Notes: generated by a model not told the origin, from the sequence alone. 32,000 nucleotides of DNA from Nitrososphaerota archaeon (GCA_033581555.1 JAVQSZ010000004.1:109786-141785); one strand, 5' to 3'. Positions 1 to 7,281 are shown, numbered from the stretch's first letter. Translations and numbers: made by a program.

Positions 1-483
1 TGCGACGAGATCGCGATCGCGGTCACGAGGATCCACGCGACCCTGATGCTCCTCGCGCTGGGCGACCTGGCGTACCCGGAGGTCGTGAGGGACGTGGCGT
101 CCCTGAGGAGGGCCCTCGCGGTGAAGAGGGTCGCCGTCGCCGGAGGGCTCTGGCCGGGACAGTCGACGTTCGCGGTATCTGCGCTCTGCGCGGGCGCGAT
201 CGGTGCCGACAGGCTCATCGTCGCGACCGATGTCAAGGGCGTCTACGACAAGGACCCGAAGCTCCACCCGGACGCGAGGCTCATCCCGAGGATGACCTAC
301 GACGAGCTCCTCTCAAGGCTCGGCTCGGTCTCCCACAGCGCGGGGGAGTACAAGCTGGTGGACTCGGTGGGCCTCTCGCTGCTGAAGAGGTCGAGGGTGA
401 GGCTGCTCTTCGTCGACGGCACCGACCCGGAGAACGTCAGGAGGGCGATACTCAGGGGCGAGGCGGGCACGGTCGTCGAGTGA
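1..483 (+). CDS. pyrH: uridylate (UMP) kinase, archaeal type, C-terminal part (5' end lies outside the window)
   Basis: Frame 1 is open from base 1. The translation (VAVAGGLWPGQSTFAVSALCAGAIGADRLIVATDVKGVYDKDPKLHPDARLI ... DGTDPENVRRAILRGEAGTVVE) matches my memory of the C-terminal half of archaeal PyrH and the amino-acid-kinase fold. Confidence 0.75.
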   Translation, partial: CDEIAIAVTRIHATLMLLALGDLAYPEVVRDVASLRRALAVKRVAVAGGLWPGQSTFAVSALCAGAIGADRLIVATDVKGVYDKDPKLHPDARLIPRMTYDELLSRLGSVSHSAGEYKLVDSVGLSLLKRSRVRLLFVDGTDPENVRRAILRGEAGTVVE

Positions 484-489
484 ACGAGG

Positions 490-2160
490 TCAGGAGGGCC
501 TCCTCGCCATCATGGCGACCACGAACGCACCGGCGTAGACCAGCACGGTCGCGGCTCCCACGTTGGCGTCCAAGACCCACGCGATCGCTAGGCCGCCGAG
601 CGCCAAGAAGGCCGGGATCGCGGCCGAGGCCGCCATGTAAGCGCCGGGGCTCCTGGTGAGCAGGTACGCGGTTGCAGGCGGTATGATGAATGAGGCCACC
701 GTAGGAATAGCTCCGACGGTCATGAAGGCGGTGATGACGGTCCCCGAGAGAAGCGCTAAGAGGCCGTAGTGGAGGAGCGACGTCCTGAGCCCGACCGATT
801 CGGCGAAGACGGGGTCGACGCAGTAGACCGTCAGGGGTTTCCTCGCCGCGAGGACGGCCGCTATCGAGGCCGCGGAGAGGGCCAGCGACCTGAGGAGGAA
901 CTCGTCAGAGACCGCGAGGACGTCTGCGAAGAGCACGTCCTCGATGTTGAGGGTCGCCCCGCCGGCCATGGAGAGCATCACGACCGCGAGGGCAAGCATA
1001 GAGGTGAAGGTCACCGCGATCGCGACGTCGCCCCTCAGCTTAGTCCTCCGCTCGATGTAGGAGACTGAGAGGGCCACCGCGAGGCCGGCTGCGAGCGCAC
1101 CGAGGTAGAAGTCGGCCCCGACCACGTACGCCGCGACCAGACCGGCTATCGCTCCGTGGGAGAGAGCGTCGCCGAAGATCGCCCAGCCCCGCATCAGCGC
1201 GAAGCTCCCAACCAGCGAGGAGGTGACGGTGACCGCCACGAGCGCCACCATCCCGACCGCGACCACGGCGATGAACGCGTCGGCGCGGGGCCTCTGCCCG
1301 TGATAGCTCAGGGCCTCGACGACCTGCATGACGTTCCACATGACTAGGTCTGAGTAACCCCTTATCCCGCGCTCAGTGTCGAGTCTCTCGTAGTAGACCG
1401 GCCCGAGTACCTGGACCCCGGACCTCGAGGCGATGTTGACCGCGACCTCCCTCAGCGTCGTCCCCTCCTCCTCTGCCTCCAGGAGGATCGGGGCACCGAG
1501 CCGACCGGCCTCGGCCAGGACCCGCTCCAGCCTCGAGAGCTGCTGCTCGTAGGTCCCGAAGCCCCCGGTGAGCGCGATAACCCTCACGCCTCCCATCTCC
1601 CGCAACAGGTCGACAAGCGAGGGCCTGATCGTCAAGACCGCGGCTCCGGCGCCGATCGTTCGGCCCATCTCGTCGACCCATGCTTCGAGCCGTCTCAGCT
1701 CCACGAGGACCCTCTGCCTGTTGAGCTCGATCTTCTCCGAGGCCTGGGGGAAGTGTCTGGAGAGTATCGAGGCCAAGGCGTCGACGATTTCGGCGGCGCC
1801 TTCGGGCGAGAGCCAGAACGCGGACCTGACCTCACCGACCCCAAGCAGCTCCGAGAGCCTGTAAGTCGGGAGACCCCTCCTGACCGCGGAGGCCAGCTCT
1901 CCGACCCTCGCCTCGGAGCCATAGCCGATGTAGACGAAGACGTCCGCCCTGACGATCCTCTCGACAACGCTCGGCCTCATCCTGAAGGTCGCGGAGCTCG
2001 TCTCGCCGAGGATGCTCTCGACCCTGACCACGCCCTCGCCCACGGCCCCGGCCAAGTCCGCGAGGACCTCCGTCGTGACAAGGACCAGCGGTCGCTCTGA
2101 GGCCCCTGACGCGTTCGAGAGGAGCGCAGCTGCGGCCAGCAGCACGACTAGGGCCGGCAA
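490..2160 (-). CDS. ABC importer fusion protein: N-terminal TroA/ZnuA-like substrate-binding domain fused to a ZnuB/TroC-type (ABC-3) permease
   Basis: The 556-aa product starts with a hydrophobic signal or anchor (PALVVLLAAAALLSNASG). About 280 aa then show cluster A-I binding-protein architecture, followed by a multi-TM permease carrying the ABC-3 motif LMRGWAIFGDALSHGAIAGLV. The start at 2160 is TTG, 4 nt after the ATPase stop, so the two genes look translationally coupled. A GTG five codons downstream is an alternative start. Confidence 0.8.
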   Translation of the reverse strand: MPALVVLLAAAALLSNASGASERPLVLVTTEVLADLAGAVGEGVVRVESILGETSSATFRMRPSVVERIVRADVFVYIGYGSEARVGELASAVRRGLPTYRLSELLGVGEVRSAFWLSPEGAAEIVDALASILSRHFPQASEKIELNRQRVLVELRRLEAWVDEMGRTIGAGAAVLTIRPSLVDLLREMGGVRVIALTGGFGTYEQQLSRLERVLAEAGRLGAPILLEAEEEGTTLREVAVNIASRSGVQVLGPVYYERLDTERGIRGYSDLVMWNVMQVVEALSYHGQRPRADAFIAVVAVGMVALVAVTVTSSLVGSFALMRGWAIFGDALSHGAIAGLVAAYVVGADFYLGALAAGLAVALSVSYIERRTKLRGDVAIAVTFTSMLALAVVMLSMAGGATLNIEDVLFADVLAVSDEFLLRSLALSAASIAAVLAARKPLTVYCVDPVFAESVGLRTSLLHYGLLALLSGTVITAFMTVGAIPTVASFIIPPATAYLLTRSPGAYMAASAAIPAFLALGGLAIAWVLDANVGAATVLVYAGAFVVAMMARRPS

Positions 2161-2163
2161 GGG

Positions 2164-2871
2164 CTACCACTTGCCGTTGTAGGCCTCGGAGAGCAGCCTC
2201 CTCTCGGAGAGGACCTCGTAGGGCCTCCCGACCGCGAAGACGCGCCTGTTGAGGAGCACGACCCTGTCGAAGGGCGTCGGGTCTGGGACGTGGTGCTCCG
2301 AGAGGAGAACGTGCTTCCCCTTACGCTTCTCCTCCTCGAGCGCCGAGATCACCGCCTCCTCGCTGGGCCTGTCGATCGACTCGAAGGGCTCGTCGAGTAG
2401 GTAGACGTCAGGGTCCTGAGCCAGCGCCCTCGCGATCAGCGCCCTCGCGAGCTGTCCACCGGAGAGCTCCGAGAGCCTCCTGTGCCTCAGCCCAGAGATC
2501 CCGACCCTCTCCGTCGCCTCGTCCGGGTCTGCCCTGAGGCCTCGCCCCCTCGCGATCTCCGAGCCCATCTCCACCAGGTCCACCACCCTCAGCGGCGAGC
2601 CGAGCGCGATCGACCTCTGCTGCGGGACGTAAGCGACCCTCCTCCTGAGCGCCCTGTCGGACCAGGGGTCCGAGCCGAGGACCTCAACCCTCCCGCGGAT
2701 GGGCCTCACTAGTCCCGCGAAGGCCTTGAGGAGCGTCGACTTGCCCGCGCCGTTCGGGCCCATCAGCAGCACCATCTCGCCGGCCGCCCCCTCGAAGTTG
2801 ACGCCCTCCAGAACCGCGTTCCCGTTGTAGCCCGCGTATAGGTCGACCGCCCTCACTAGGACCCCCGACAT
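2164..2871 (-). CDS. ABC transporter ATP-binding protein (ZnuC/TroB-like)
   Basis: Walker A GPNGAGKST, ABC signature LSGGQ, Walker B YLLDEPF and an H-loop-like SEHH are present. It starts with ATG and is the first gene of a two-gene operon. Confidence 0.92.
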   Translation of the reverse strand: MSGVLVRAVDLYAGYNGNAVLEGVNFEGAAGEMVLLMGPNGAGKSTLLKAFAGLVRPIRGRVEVLGSDPWSDRALRRRVAYVPQQRSIALGSPLRVVDLVEMGSEIARGRGLRADPDEATERVGISGLRHRRLSELSGGQLARALIARALAQDPDVYLLDEPFESIDRPSEEAVISALEEEKRKGKHVLLSEHHVPDPTPFDRVVLLNRRVFAVGRPYEVLSERRLLSEAYNGKW

Positions 2872-2879
2872 CCTTTGGA

Positions 2880-2905
2880 GTTAACCATGGTTAACAATTT
2901 TAACC
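2880..2905 (-). promoter_or_regulatory. Perfect 16-bp palindrome (GTTAACCATGGTTAAC, 2880-2895) plus an adjacent TATA-like TTAAAATT (minus strand, 2896-2903). Putative operator and promoter of the ABC operon.
   Basis: The minus strand reads GGTTAAAATT-GTTAACCATGGTTAAC-TCCAAAGG-ATG. The palindrome lies between the TATA-like box and the start codon. TTAAC recurs at 2881, 2891 and 2900, about one helical turn apart. Confidence 0.6.
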
Positions 2906-3087
2906 TTCCTTCACCTCCCACACAGCTCAGGGATAAATCGGGCGGCCGGGGATTTCTGAGCGCGGCGATGACCGGTCAGGGTTACCGCGACCGAGTGAGC
3001 GGAGGGCGTTTGAGTGAGCCGCGCCGAATCGTCGGGCCTCGCTGACAACCTTTATCACAAGCCCGAGGACCGTATTGTGACCACAAA

Positions 3088-3774
3088 ATGCGTCTCGGTC
3101 TCGTGATCGGAGCGGTCATCGCGTTGACGTTACTGCTCGCGTTGTCGCCGGTCGCTCAAGCTTCGAGGCCGCTTCCGGGAACAAACTTCGCGAACGCGCC
3201 GTCGCTCAGGCCAGGCTCCTACACCTACGACCTCCAGCCCGGCGACCTCCACTTCTTCAGGGTCGACCTCGTCAAGGGCCAGACGATCTTCGTGGTGGTC
3301 AGGGTGCCGGTAGGCCAGGACTTCGACCTGATCCTGTTCTCGCCGGAGAGGGACCCGATAGAGCAGGGCGTGAGGCCGAGTGGGTTCTACGAGCGGGTCT
3401 CCTACAAGGCCGTCGCCTCAGGCCCCCACTACGTCGTGGTCTATCCATTCGGCCCGTCGAGGGGAGCCTACACGCTTGAGATCTCGGTGCTCGACGAGCC
3501 CGCGGTGACGGTCACGGTCACCGCGACGGAGCTTAGGTACGTCACGGTGACGGTTCCGGGAGCGACCGTTACCGCGCAGGTAGTGTCCTTCAGGACCGTG
3601 ATGCTCGAGCCGAAGGACGTCGGGACCGAGGCCTGGGGCGCCATGGGGATGGGGCTGGTCGCGATCGGGCTGGTCGCGACGGCGCTCATCGTCCACGACT
3701 CCATCTCGAGGCTGAGGGGGTCTCCGGGCGCCGAGGCACGTCCGAGGCAGGAGGGAGGGGGTGAGGGAGGGTGA
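3088..3774 (+). CDS. secreted, C-terminally membrane-anchored protein with a pre-peptidase C-terminal (PPC)-like beta domain
   Basis: It has an N-terminal signal sequence (MRLGLVIGAVIALTLLLALSPVAQA). A PPC-like pattern follows (YTYDLQPGDLHFFRVDLVKGQTIFVVV...DFDLILFSPE...GPHYVVVYPF...GAYTLEI). Next is a Val/Thr-rich stalk (VTVTVTATELRYVTVTVPGATVTAQVV), a C-terminal TM helix (AMGMGLVAIGLVATALIV) and a charged tail. Confidence 0.65.
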   Translation: MRLGLVIGAVIALTLLLALSPVAQASRPLPGTNFANAPSLRPGSYTYDLQPGDLHFFRVDLVKGQTIFVVVRVPVGQDFDLILFSPERDPIEQGVRPSGFYERVSYKAVASGPHYVVVYPFGPSRGAYTLEISVLDEPAVTVTVTATELRYVTVTVPGATVTAQVVSFRTVMLEPKDVGTEAWGAMGMGLVAIGLVATALIVHDSISRLRGSPGAEARPRQEGGGEGG

Positions 3775-4532
3775 CTCGCGCTTTCAGCGGAGTGGTCCTG
3801 CTGGTCGCGGTGCTAGTCGTAGCGCTGGCGATGGGCTTCTCGGGCTACTTCCTCGGTTACTCGGTAGGACGCGATGAGGCGCTCGCGGAGTTCAGGCAGC
3901 TCAGGTCGGTGAACGAGAGGCTCGGGGCCGAGCTCGAGTCTCTCAACGCGCAGCTCTCCCAGCTCAGGCTCGAGCGGGACGACCTCAGGGTACGGGTCAG
4001 CTCGCTGCAGGCGAACCTCGCCTCGCTCAGCGAGTCCGTTACCGAGCTCCAGTCGAGGCTCAGGGCGGCGGAGTCGGCCTCCGCGGAGCTCAACAGGAGA
4101 GCCGAGAGGGCCAGGTCCGTGATCTCCGGTCTCGAGAAGGCGATCGCCATCTACACCCAGATCTCGGGGAGGGACCTGCTCCTCCAGCTCCTCTTCGTCG
4201 GCGTAACGGACATCCGGCAGCTGAACGAGACCCGCGTCAGGACCTTCCTCACCAATTATTGGTCCGGGCTGAAGTCGACGGTCGCGGAGTACGAGCCGCA
4301 GCTCACGTCCTCAGTTGACAGGATCATCGGCAACATCGGCGGCGTGATCGACTACATCAGGTGGCTCCAGCGACAGCCGCCCGCAGGGGCGAGCTCCGAG
4401 GAGGTCCTCAGGTGGCTCCTCGCCTACCCCACGAGCTTCGACGCGTATCAGGAGTCGGTCCTGCGGTTCCTCGATGAGTTCATGCTCTCCGTCTCCTCCA
4501 AGATAATCGCGCTCCGCGACGTCGGCCTCTGA
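3771..4532 (+). CDS. N-terminally membrane-anchored coiled-coil protein, unknown function
   Basis: The GTG start overlaps the upstream stop (GTGA). It has a TM helix (VVLLVAVLVVALAMGFSGYFLGY), then a heptad-like Leu/Glu/Arg/Ser region (LRSVNERLGAELESLNAQLSQLRLERDDLRVRVSSLQANLASLSESVTELQSRLRAAE), then a globular C-terminal part. Confidence 0.55.
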   Translation: MTRAFSGVVLLVAVLVVALAMGFSGYFLGYSVGRDEALAEFRQLRSVNERLGAELESLNAQLSQLRLERDDLRVRVSSLQANLASLSESVTELQSRLRAAESASAELNRRAERARSVISGLEKAIAIYTQISGRDLLLQLLFVGVTDIRQLNETRVRTFLTNYWSGLKSTVAEYEPQLTSSVDRIIGNIGGVIDYIRWLQRQPPAGASSEEVLRWLLAYPTSFDAYQESVLRFLDEFMLSVSSKIIALRDVGL

Positions 4533-4544
4533 CCTCCGAGAACG

Positions 4545-4554
4545 TCTAAATCGA
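4545..4554 (+). promoter_or_regulatory. TATA-like box upstream of tRNA-Gln (CTAAATCGA)
   Basis: This AT-rich element lies about 30-35 nt upstream of tRNA position 1. The same 8-mer TAAATCGA occurs upstream of tRNA-Phe at 27788-27795. Confidence 0.5.
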
Positions 4555-4580
4555 CCCTTCAGCAAGCCGTTACTGCGGGA

Positions 4581-4691
4581 AGCCCGGTCGTCTAGCGGTC
4601 AAACTGGCCAGAGGACCAGGGATTCCGGGCTTTGGATCCCCTCCTGGGGAGAGGCGACCCGGAGACGTGGGTTCGAATCCCACCCGGGCTA
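4581..4691 (+). tRNA. tRNA-Gln (anticodon UUG) containing about 38 nt of intervening sequence in two blocks
   Basis: Acceptor AGCCCGG pairs with CCGGGCT, followed by discriminator A. The T arm is GTGGG-TTCGAAT-CCCAC. The anticodon arm CCGGG-CTTTGG[~21 nt]A-CCCGG gives anticodon TTG. A second insert of about 17 nt (about 4603-4619) interrupts the D arm (GTCT-AGCGGTCAA[...]GGAT). With both removed, the mature length is 73 nt by hand count. Confidence 0.8.
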
Positions 4692-4813
4692 TCCGGCGCA
4701 GAGGGGCGAGTTGCCCCGTTCAGAGTCACTCTGAGGACCGACGGCCCCTGCTGAAGCACCGCAAGCCATCCGGAGGGCGTCGCTGCGCAAATATACTGCA
4801 CCTACGATCGTCC

Positions 4814-5749
4814 ATGGGGTTGACCGGGTTCGGCGAGGTCATCGCGAGGCTCGAGCGCGAGAGGAAACCCTATGCGATCGCGACCATCGTCAAGGTCGAG
4901 GGCTCCTCGCTCGGGAAGCCGGGGTTCAAGATCGTCGTCGACGATGAGGGCAGGATCCTCTACGGGACGTTGGGGGGCGTCTGCCCCGAGGGCCCGATAG
5001 TCTCGGTCGCGGTCGAGGCGATCAAGCAGGACAGGCCGAGGCTCGTCTCGGTCCACCTGGTGGGTCCGGAGGAGTCGGTGGCTCGGATGGCGGCGGGGAG
5101 GGCGTCGGAGGACGAGGTCTTCGTCGAGACCTTCTGCGGCGGGAGGCTAGAGATCTTCGTCGAGCCGAGGTCGCCCAGGAGGAGGCTCGTGATCGTCGCT
5201 CAAGGGGGGAGGGACGACGTCGAGGAGGCGCTGGTCAGCTTCGGGAGGATTCTGGGTTTCGAGACGGTCGTCGTGAACCCCGCCCCCGCCCTGACCGTTG
5301 AGCCCGACGTCCTGATCACCGACCTCTCCTTCGACATCGGCTCTCTGAACCTCGGGGAGCGGGACTACGTCGTCGTCCTGACGAAGGGCGGCAGGGACCT
5401 GGAGGTCCTGGAGAGCCTCTCGAGGACGAAGGTAGGCTACGTGGGGTTGGTCGCGAGCAGGAAGCGGGTCGCGAGGAACCTGGAGCTCCTGAGGTCGAGG
5501 GGCGTCAGCGAGGAGTTCATCAGGTCCCTCAGCGCCCCCGCGGGGATCGACATCGGTGCCTACACGCCGGAGGAGGTGGCTCTGGCAGTCGTCGCGGAGG
5601 TCGTCGCGAAGATCCGGGGCGTAAAGGTGCGGAGGAAGGGAGAGGAGGAGCAGGCACAGGCACCGACGCAGACCTCAACGACTGAGGCCGCCGGAGAGGT
5701 CAGGGTAGTGAGTGGGGCCTGCGAGCCGTCACCGAGGGCCGGGGCCTAA
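4814..5749 (+). CDS. XdhC/CoxI-family molybdoenzyme maturation factor-like protein
   Basis: From the ATG at 4814, MGLTGFGEVIARLERERKPYAIATIVKVEGSSLGKPGFKIVVDDEGRILYGTLGG matches the XdhC N-terminal domain. A Rossmann-like C-terminal domain follows (RRLVIVAQGGRDD...YVVVLTKGGRDLEVLE...YVGLVASRKR). A TATA-like AAATATA at 4789-4795 supports this start. The ORF-track start at 4667 lies inside tRNA-Gln. Confidence 0.75.
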   Translation: MGLTGFGEVIARLERERKPYAIATIVKVEGSSLGKPGFKIVVDDEGRILYGTLGGVCPEGPIVSVAVEAIKQDRPRLVSVHLVGPEESVARMAAGRASEDEVFVETFCGGRLEIFVEPRSPRRRLVIVAQGGRDDVEEALVSFGRILGFETVVVNPAPALTVEPDVLITDLSFDIGSLNLGERDYVVVLTKGGRDLEVLESLSRTKVGYVGLVASRKRVARNLELLRSRGVSEEFIRSLSAPAGIDIGAYTPEEVALAVVAEVVAKIRGVKVRRKGEEEQAQAPTQTSTTEAAGEVRVVSGACEPSPRAGA

Positions 5750-5767
5750 GGTGGCGACCGGCTCACG

Positions 5768-5774
5768 CTTATAC
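5768..5774 (+). promoter_or_regulatory. TATA-like box (CTTATAC) upstream of the RNase P RNA
   Basis: It is centred about 25 nt upstream of the first base of the P1 helix at 5796. Confidence 0.45.
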
Positions 5775-5795
5775 CCCGCTCTCTCTGACTAGGTT

Positions 5796-6092
5796 GGGGA
5801 CGGGCAGCTGGGCGGGCTTCGGGGAGATCCCGGGGAAGTTCCTCCCTCCCACGGTGGGCCCGGTGCCGTGAGGCACGGGGGGAGACCTCCGGCAACGCCA
5901 CAGAAACGATACCCCTCCGGCCGGATGCGGGCTGACGCGGGAGGTCCCGCCGACGACGGCCGGAGACCGGATGAAACGGGCGTCCCGGGCGGAGAAAGTG
6001 GTCGGGGCCGTGAGCCCCACCGTCGAGCCCCGGAGCGACGAGAAGACGGATCCCGCCTAGAACAGAAGGAGGGCTACGGGCTGCCCGTCCCC
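5796..6092 (+). ncRNA. rnpB: RNase P RNA (type A-like, about 297 nt)
   Basis: A 13-bp terminal helix P1 forms between GGGGACGGGCAGC (5796-5808) and GCTGCCCGTCCCC (6080-6092). P2 pairs GGGCGGG with CCCGCCT. A CR-I-like GGGGAAGTTCCTCC and a CR-V-like ACAGAAGGAGGGCTA form P4 (CCTCC:GGAGG), which covaries relative to E. coli AAAGUCCGGG / ACAGAACCCGGCUUA. Internal ACAGAAAC and GGATGAAACGG motifs are also present. Confidence 0.88.
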
Positions 6093-6093
6093 G

Positions 6094-7281
6094 CTACCCC
6101 TTCCTCCCCCTGCCGAGCCTCTCGTGGGCCCTGGCGAGGTGGTGCGCCGAGAGCGCCGACGTCAGCGAGAGCTCCCCCGCGAGCGCGGCCCCGGCCAGCA
6201 CCTCCGCGAACTTCTTCGCGTTGGTCCCCGGAGGGTCACCGGGCCCTGCGACGCCCATGATCGAGAGCGCGGCCCTCTGCGCTGGGAGCCAGGTACCTCC
6301 GCCGACGGTCCCGACCTCGAGGCTGGGCATCGTGAGGCTGAAGTAGAGGTCGCCCTCCTGAGTTACGTCAGCGTAGGTGATCGACATGCTGGACTCGACG
6401 ACCTGCGCCGGGTCCTGGCCGGTCGCGATGAAGACCGCCGCCACCACGTTCGCGACGTGAGCGTTGAAGCCCCCGAGGGCTCCCGCGAGCGCCGAACCGA
6501 CGTAGAGCTTCGCAGAGACGACCCTGACCACGGCCTCGGGAGTGGTCTTCAGGACTGATGCGACGACCTCCCTCTTGATCACGGCCTCCGCGGAGACGGT
6601 CTTCCCCCTTCCGGTCACCCAGTTGACCGCGGCGGGCTTCTTGTCGGTGCAGAGGTTGCCGCTGAGGGAGACGTGCCTGACCCACTCGAGCCTCGACGTG
6701 ATCTCCTCGACGACGCGCTCCGCGGCCCTCGTGACCATGTTCATCCCCATCGCGTCGCCCGTTGTGGCCTCCATCCTGAGGAAGACGTACTTCCCGGCGA
6801 CGAAGGGCTTGACTGCCCTGAGGTCGCCGTGGGACGTCGTCGACCTGAAGGCCTCCCTGAGGACCTGGAAGTTCTCCTCGACCCACCTCGCGAGCCTCAG
6901 GCTCCACTCGAGGCCCGGAGTCTCGAGCGCAGGGGCTCTGGTCATCTTGTCGTCCAAGACCCTCGCCCTCACCGAGCCCGACGCCCTTATCGCGGAGGCT
7001 CCCCTGTTCACCGTCGCGACCAGCGCGCCCTCCGTCGTAGCCAGGGGGACATAGGCGTTCCCCCTGAAGTGCTCGCCCTCGACCGGGATCGGTCCCGCAA
7101 TCCCCACAGGTATCGTGACGCCCCCTATCGTGTTCTCGCAGTTCCTGCCTACTATCCCCTCGAACGGCAGGTCGACGTCCAGGGCAGAGAGGTCCAGGCC
7201 GAGCTTGCTCTCGAGGAACCTCCTCCGGAGCGCAGTCGCGTCCTGAGGACCGACGATCTCGTCGAGCGCGTGGAGCTTCAC
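6094..7281 (-). CDS. hmgA: 3-hydroxy-3-methylglutaryl-CoA reductase, class I (archaeal mevalonate pathway)
   Basis: Conserved class I HMGR blocks are present: TTEGALVATVNRGASAI, DAMGMNMV, GNLCTDKKPAAVNW and EVGTVGGGT. The start at 7281 is GTG. The stop abuts the RNase P RNA 3' end. Confidence 0.95.
   Translation of the reverse strand: MKLHALDEIVGPQDATALRRRFLESKLGLDLSALDVDLPFEGIVGRNCENTIGGVTIPVGIAGPIPVEGEHFRGNAYVPLATTEGALVATVNRGASAIRASGSVRARVLDDKMTRAPALETPGLEWSLRLARWVEENFQVLREAFRSTTSHGDLRAVKPFVAGKYVFLRMEATTGDAMGMNMVTRAAERVVEEITSRLEWVRHVSLSGNLCTDKKPAAVNWVTGRGKTVSAEAVIKREVVASVLKTTPEAVVRVVSAKLYVGSALAGALGGFNAHVANVVAAVFIATGQDPAQVVESSMSITYADVTQEGDLYFSLTMPSLEVGTVGGGTWLPAQRAALSIMGVAGPGDPPGTNAKKFAEVLAGAALAGELSLTSALSAHHLARAHERLGRGRKG

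Noticed and set aside
2967-3044. A 25-codon ATG ORF in the spacer between the ABC operon and the PPC-domain gene.
   Set aside because: It has no TATA box at a suitable distance and no recognisable peptide features. It is probably a chance ORF.
4638-4656. An alternative reading of the first tRNA as tRNA-Pro(GGG), using the hairpin CCTC-CTGGGGA-GAGG as the anticodon arm.
   Set aside because: This reading would require an 11-nt variable region and a very large D-loop insert. The A1-U72 acceptor AGCCCGG / CCGGGCT and the split CCGGG-CTTTGGA-CCCGG arm fit archaeal tRNA-Gln, so the hairpin is most likely intron structure.
4581-4691. tRNA-Gln, and likewise tRNA-Phe at 27818-27903, as an integration site of a mobile element or provirus.
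   Set aside because: I found no integrase gene, no duplicated tRNA 3' fragment (att-like direct repeat) and no compositionally foreign gene block next to either tRNA.
4667-4813. The ORF-track N-terminal extension of the XdhC-like gene (MGSNPTRAIRRRG...).
   Set aside because: The extension begins inside the T arm of tRNA-Gln and precedes the TATA-like box at 4789-4795. The family-typical N-terminus starts at the ATG at 4814.
5769-6260. ORFs of 83 aa (minus strand) and 130 aa (plus strand) between the XdhC-like gene and hmgA.
   Set aside because: An RNase P RNA with P1, P2 and P4 pairings and conserved-region motifs explains the region better. The translations are Arg/Pro/Gly-rich.
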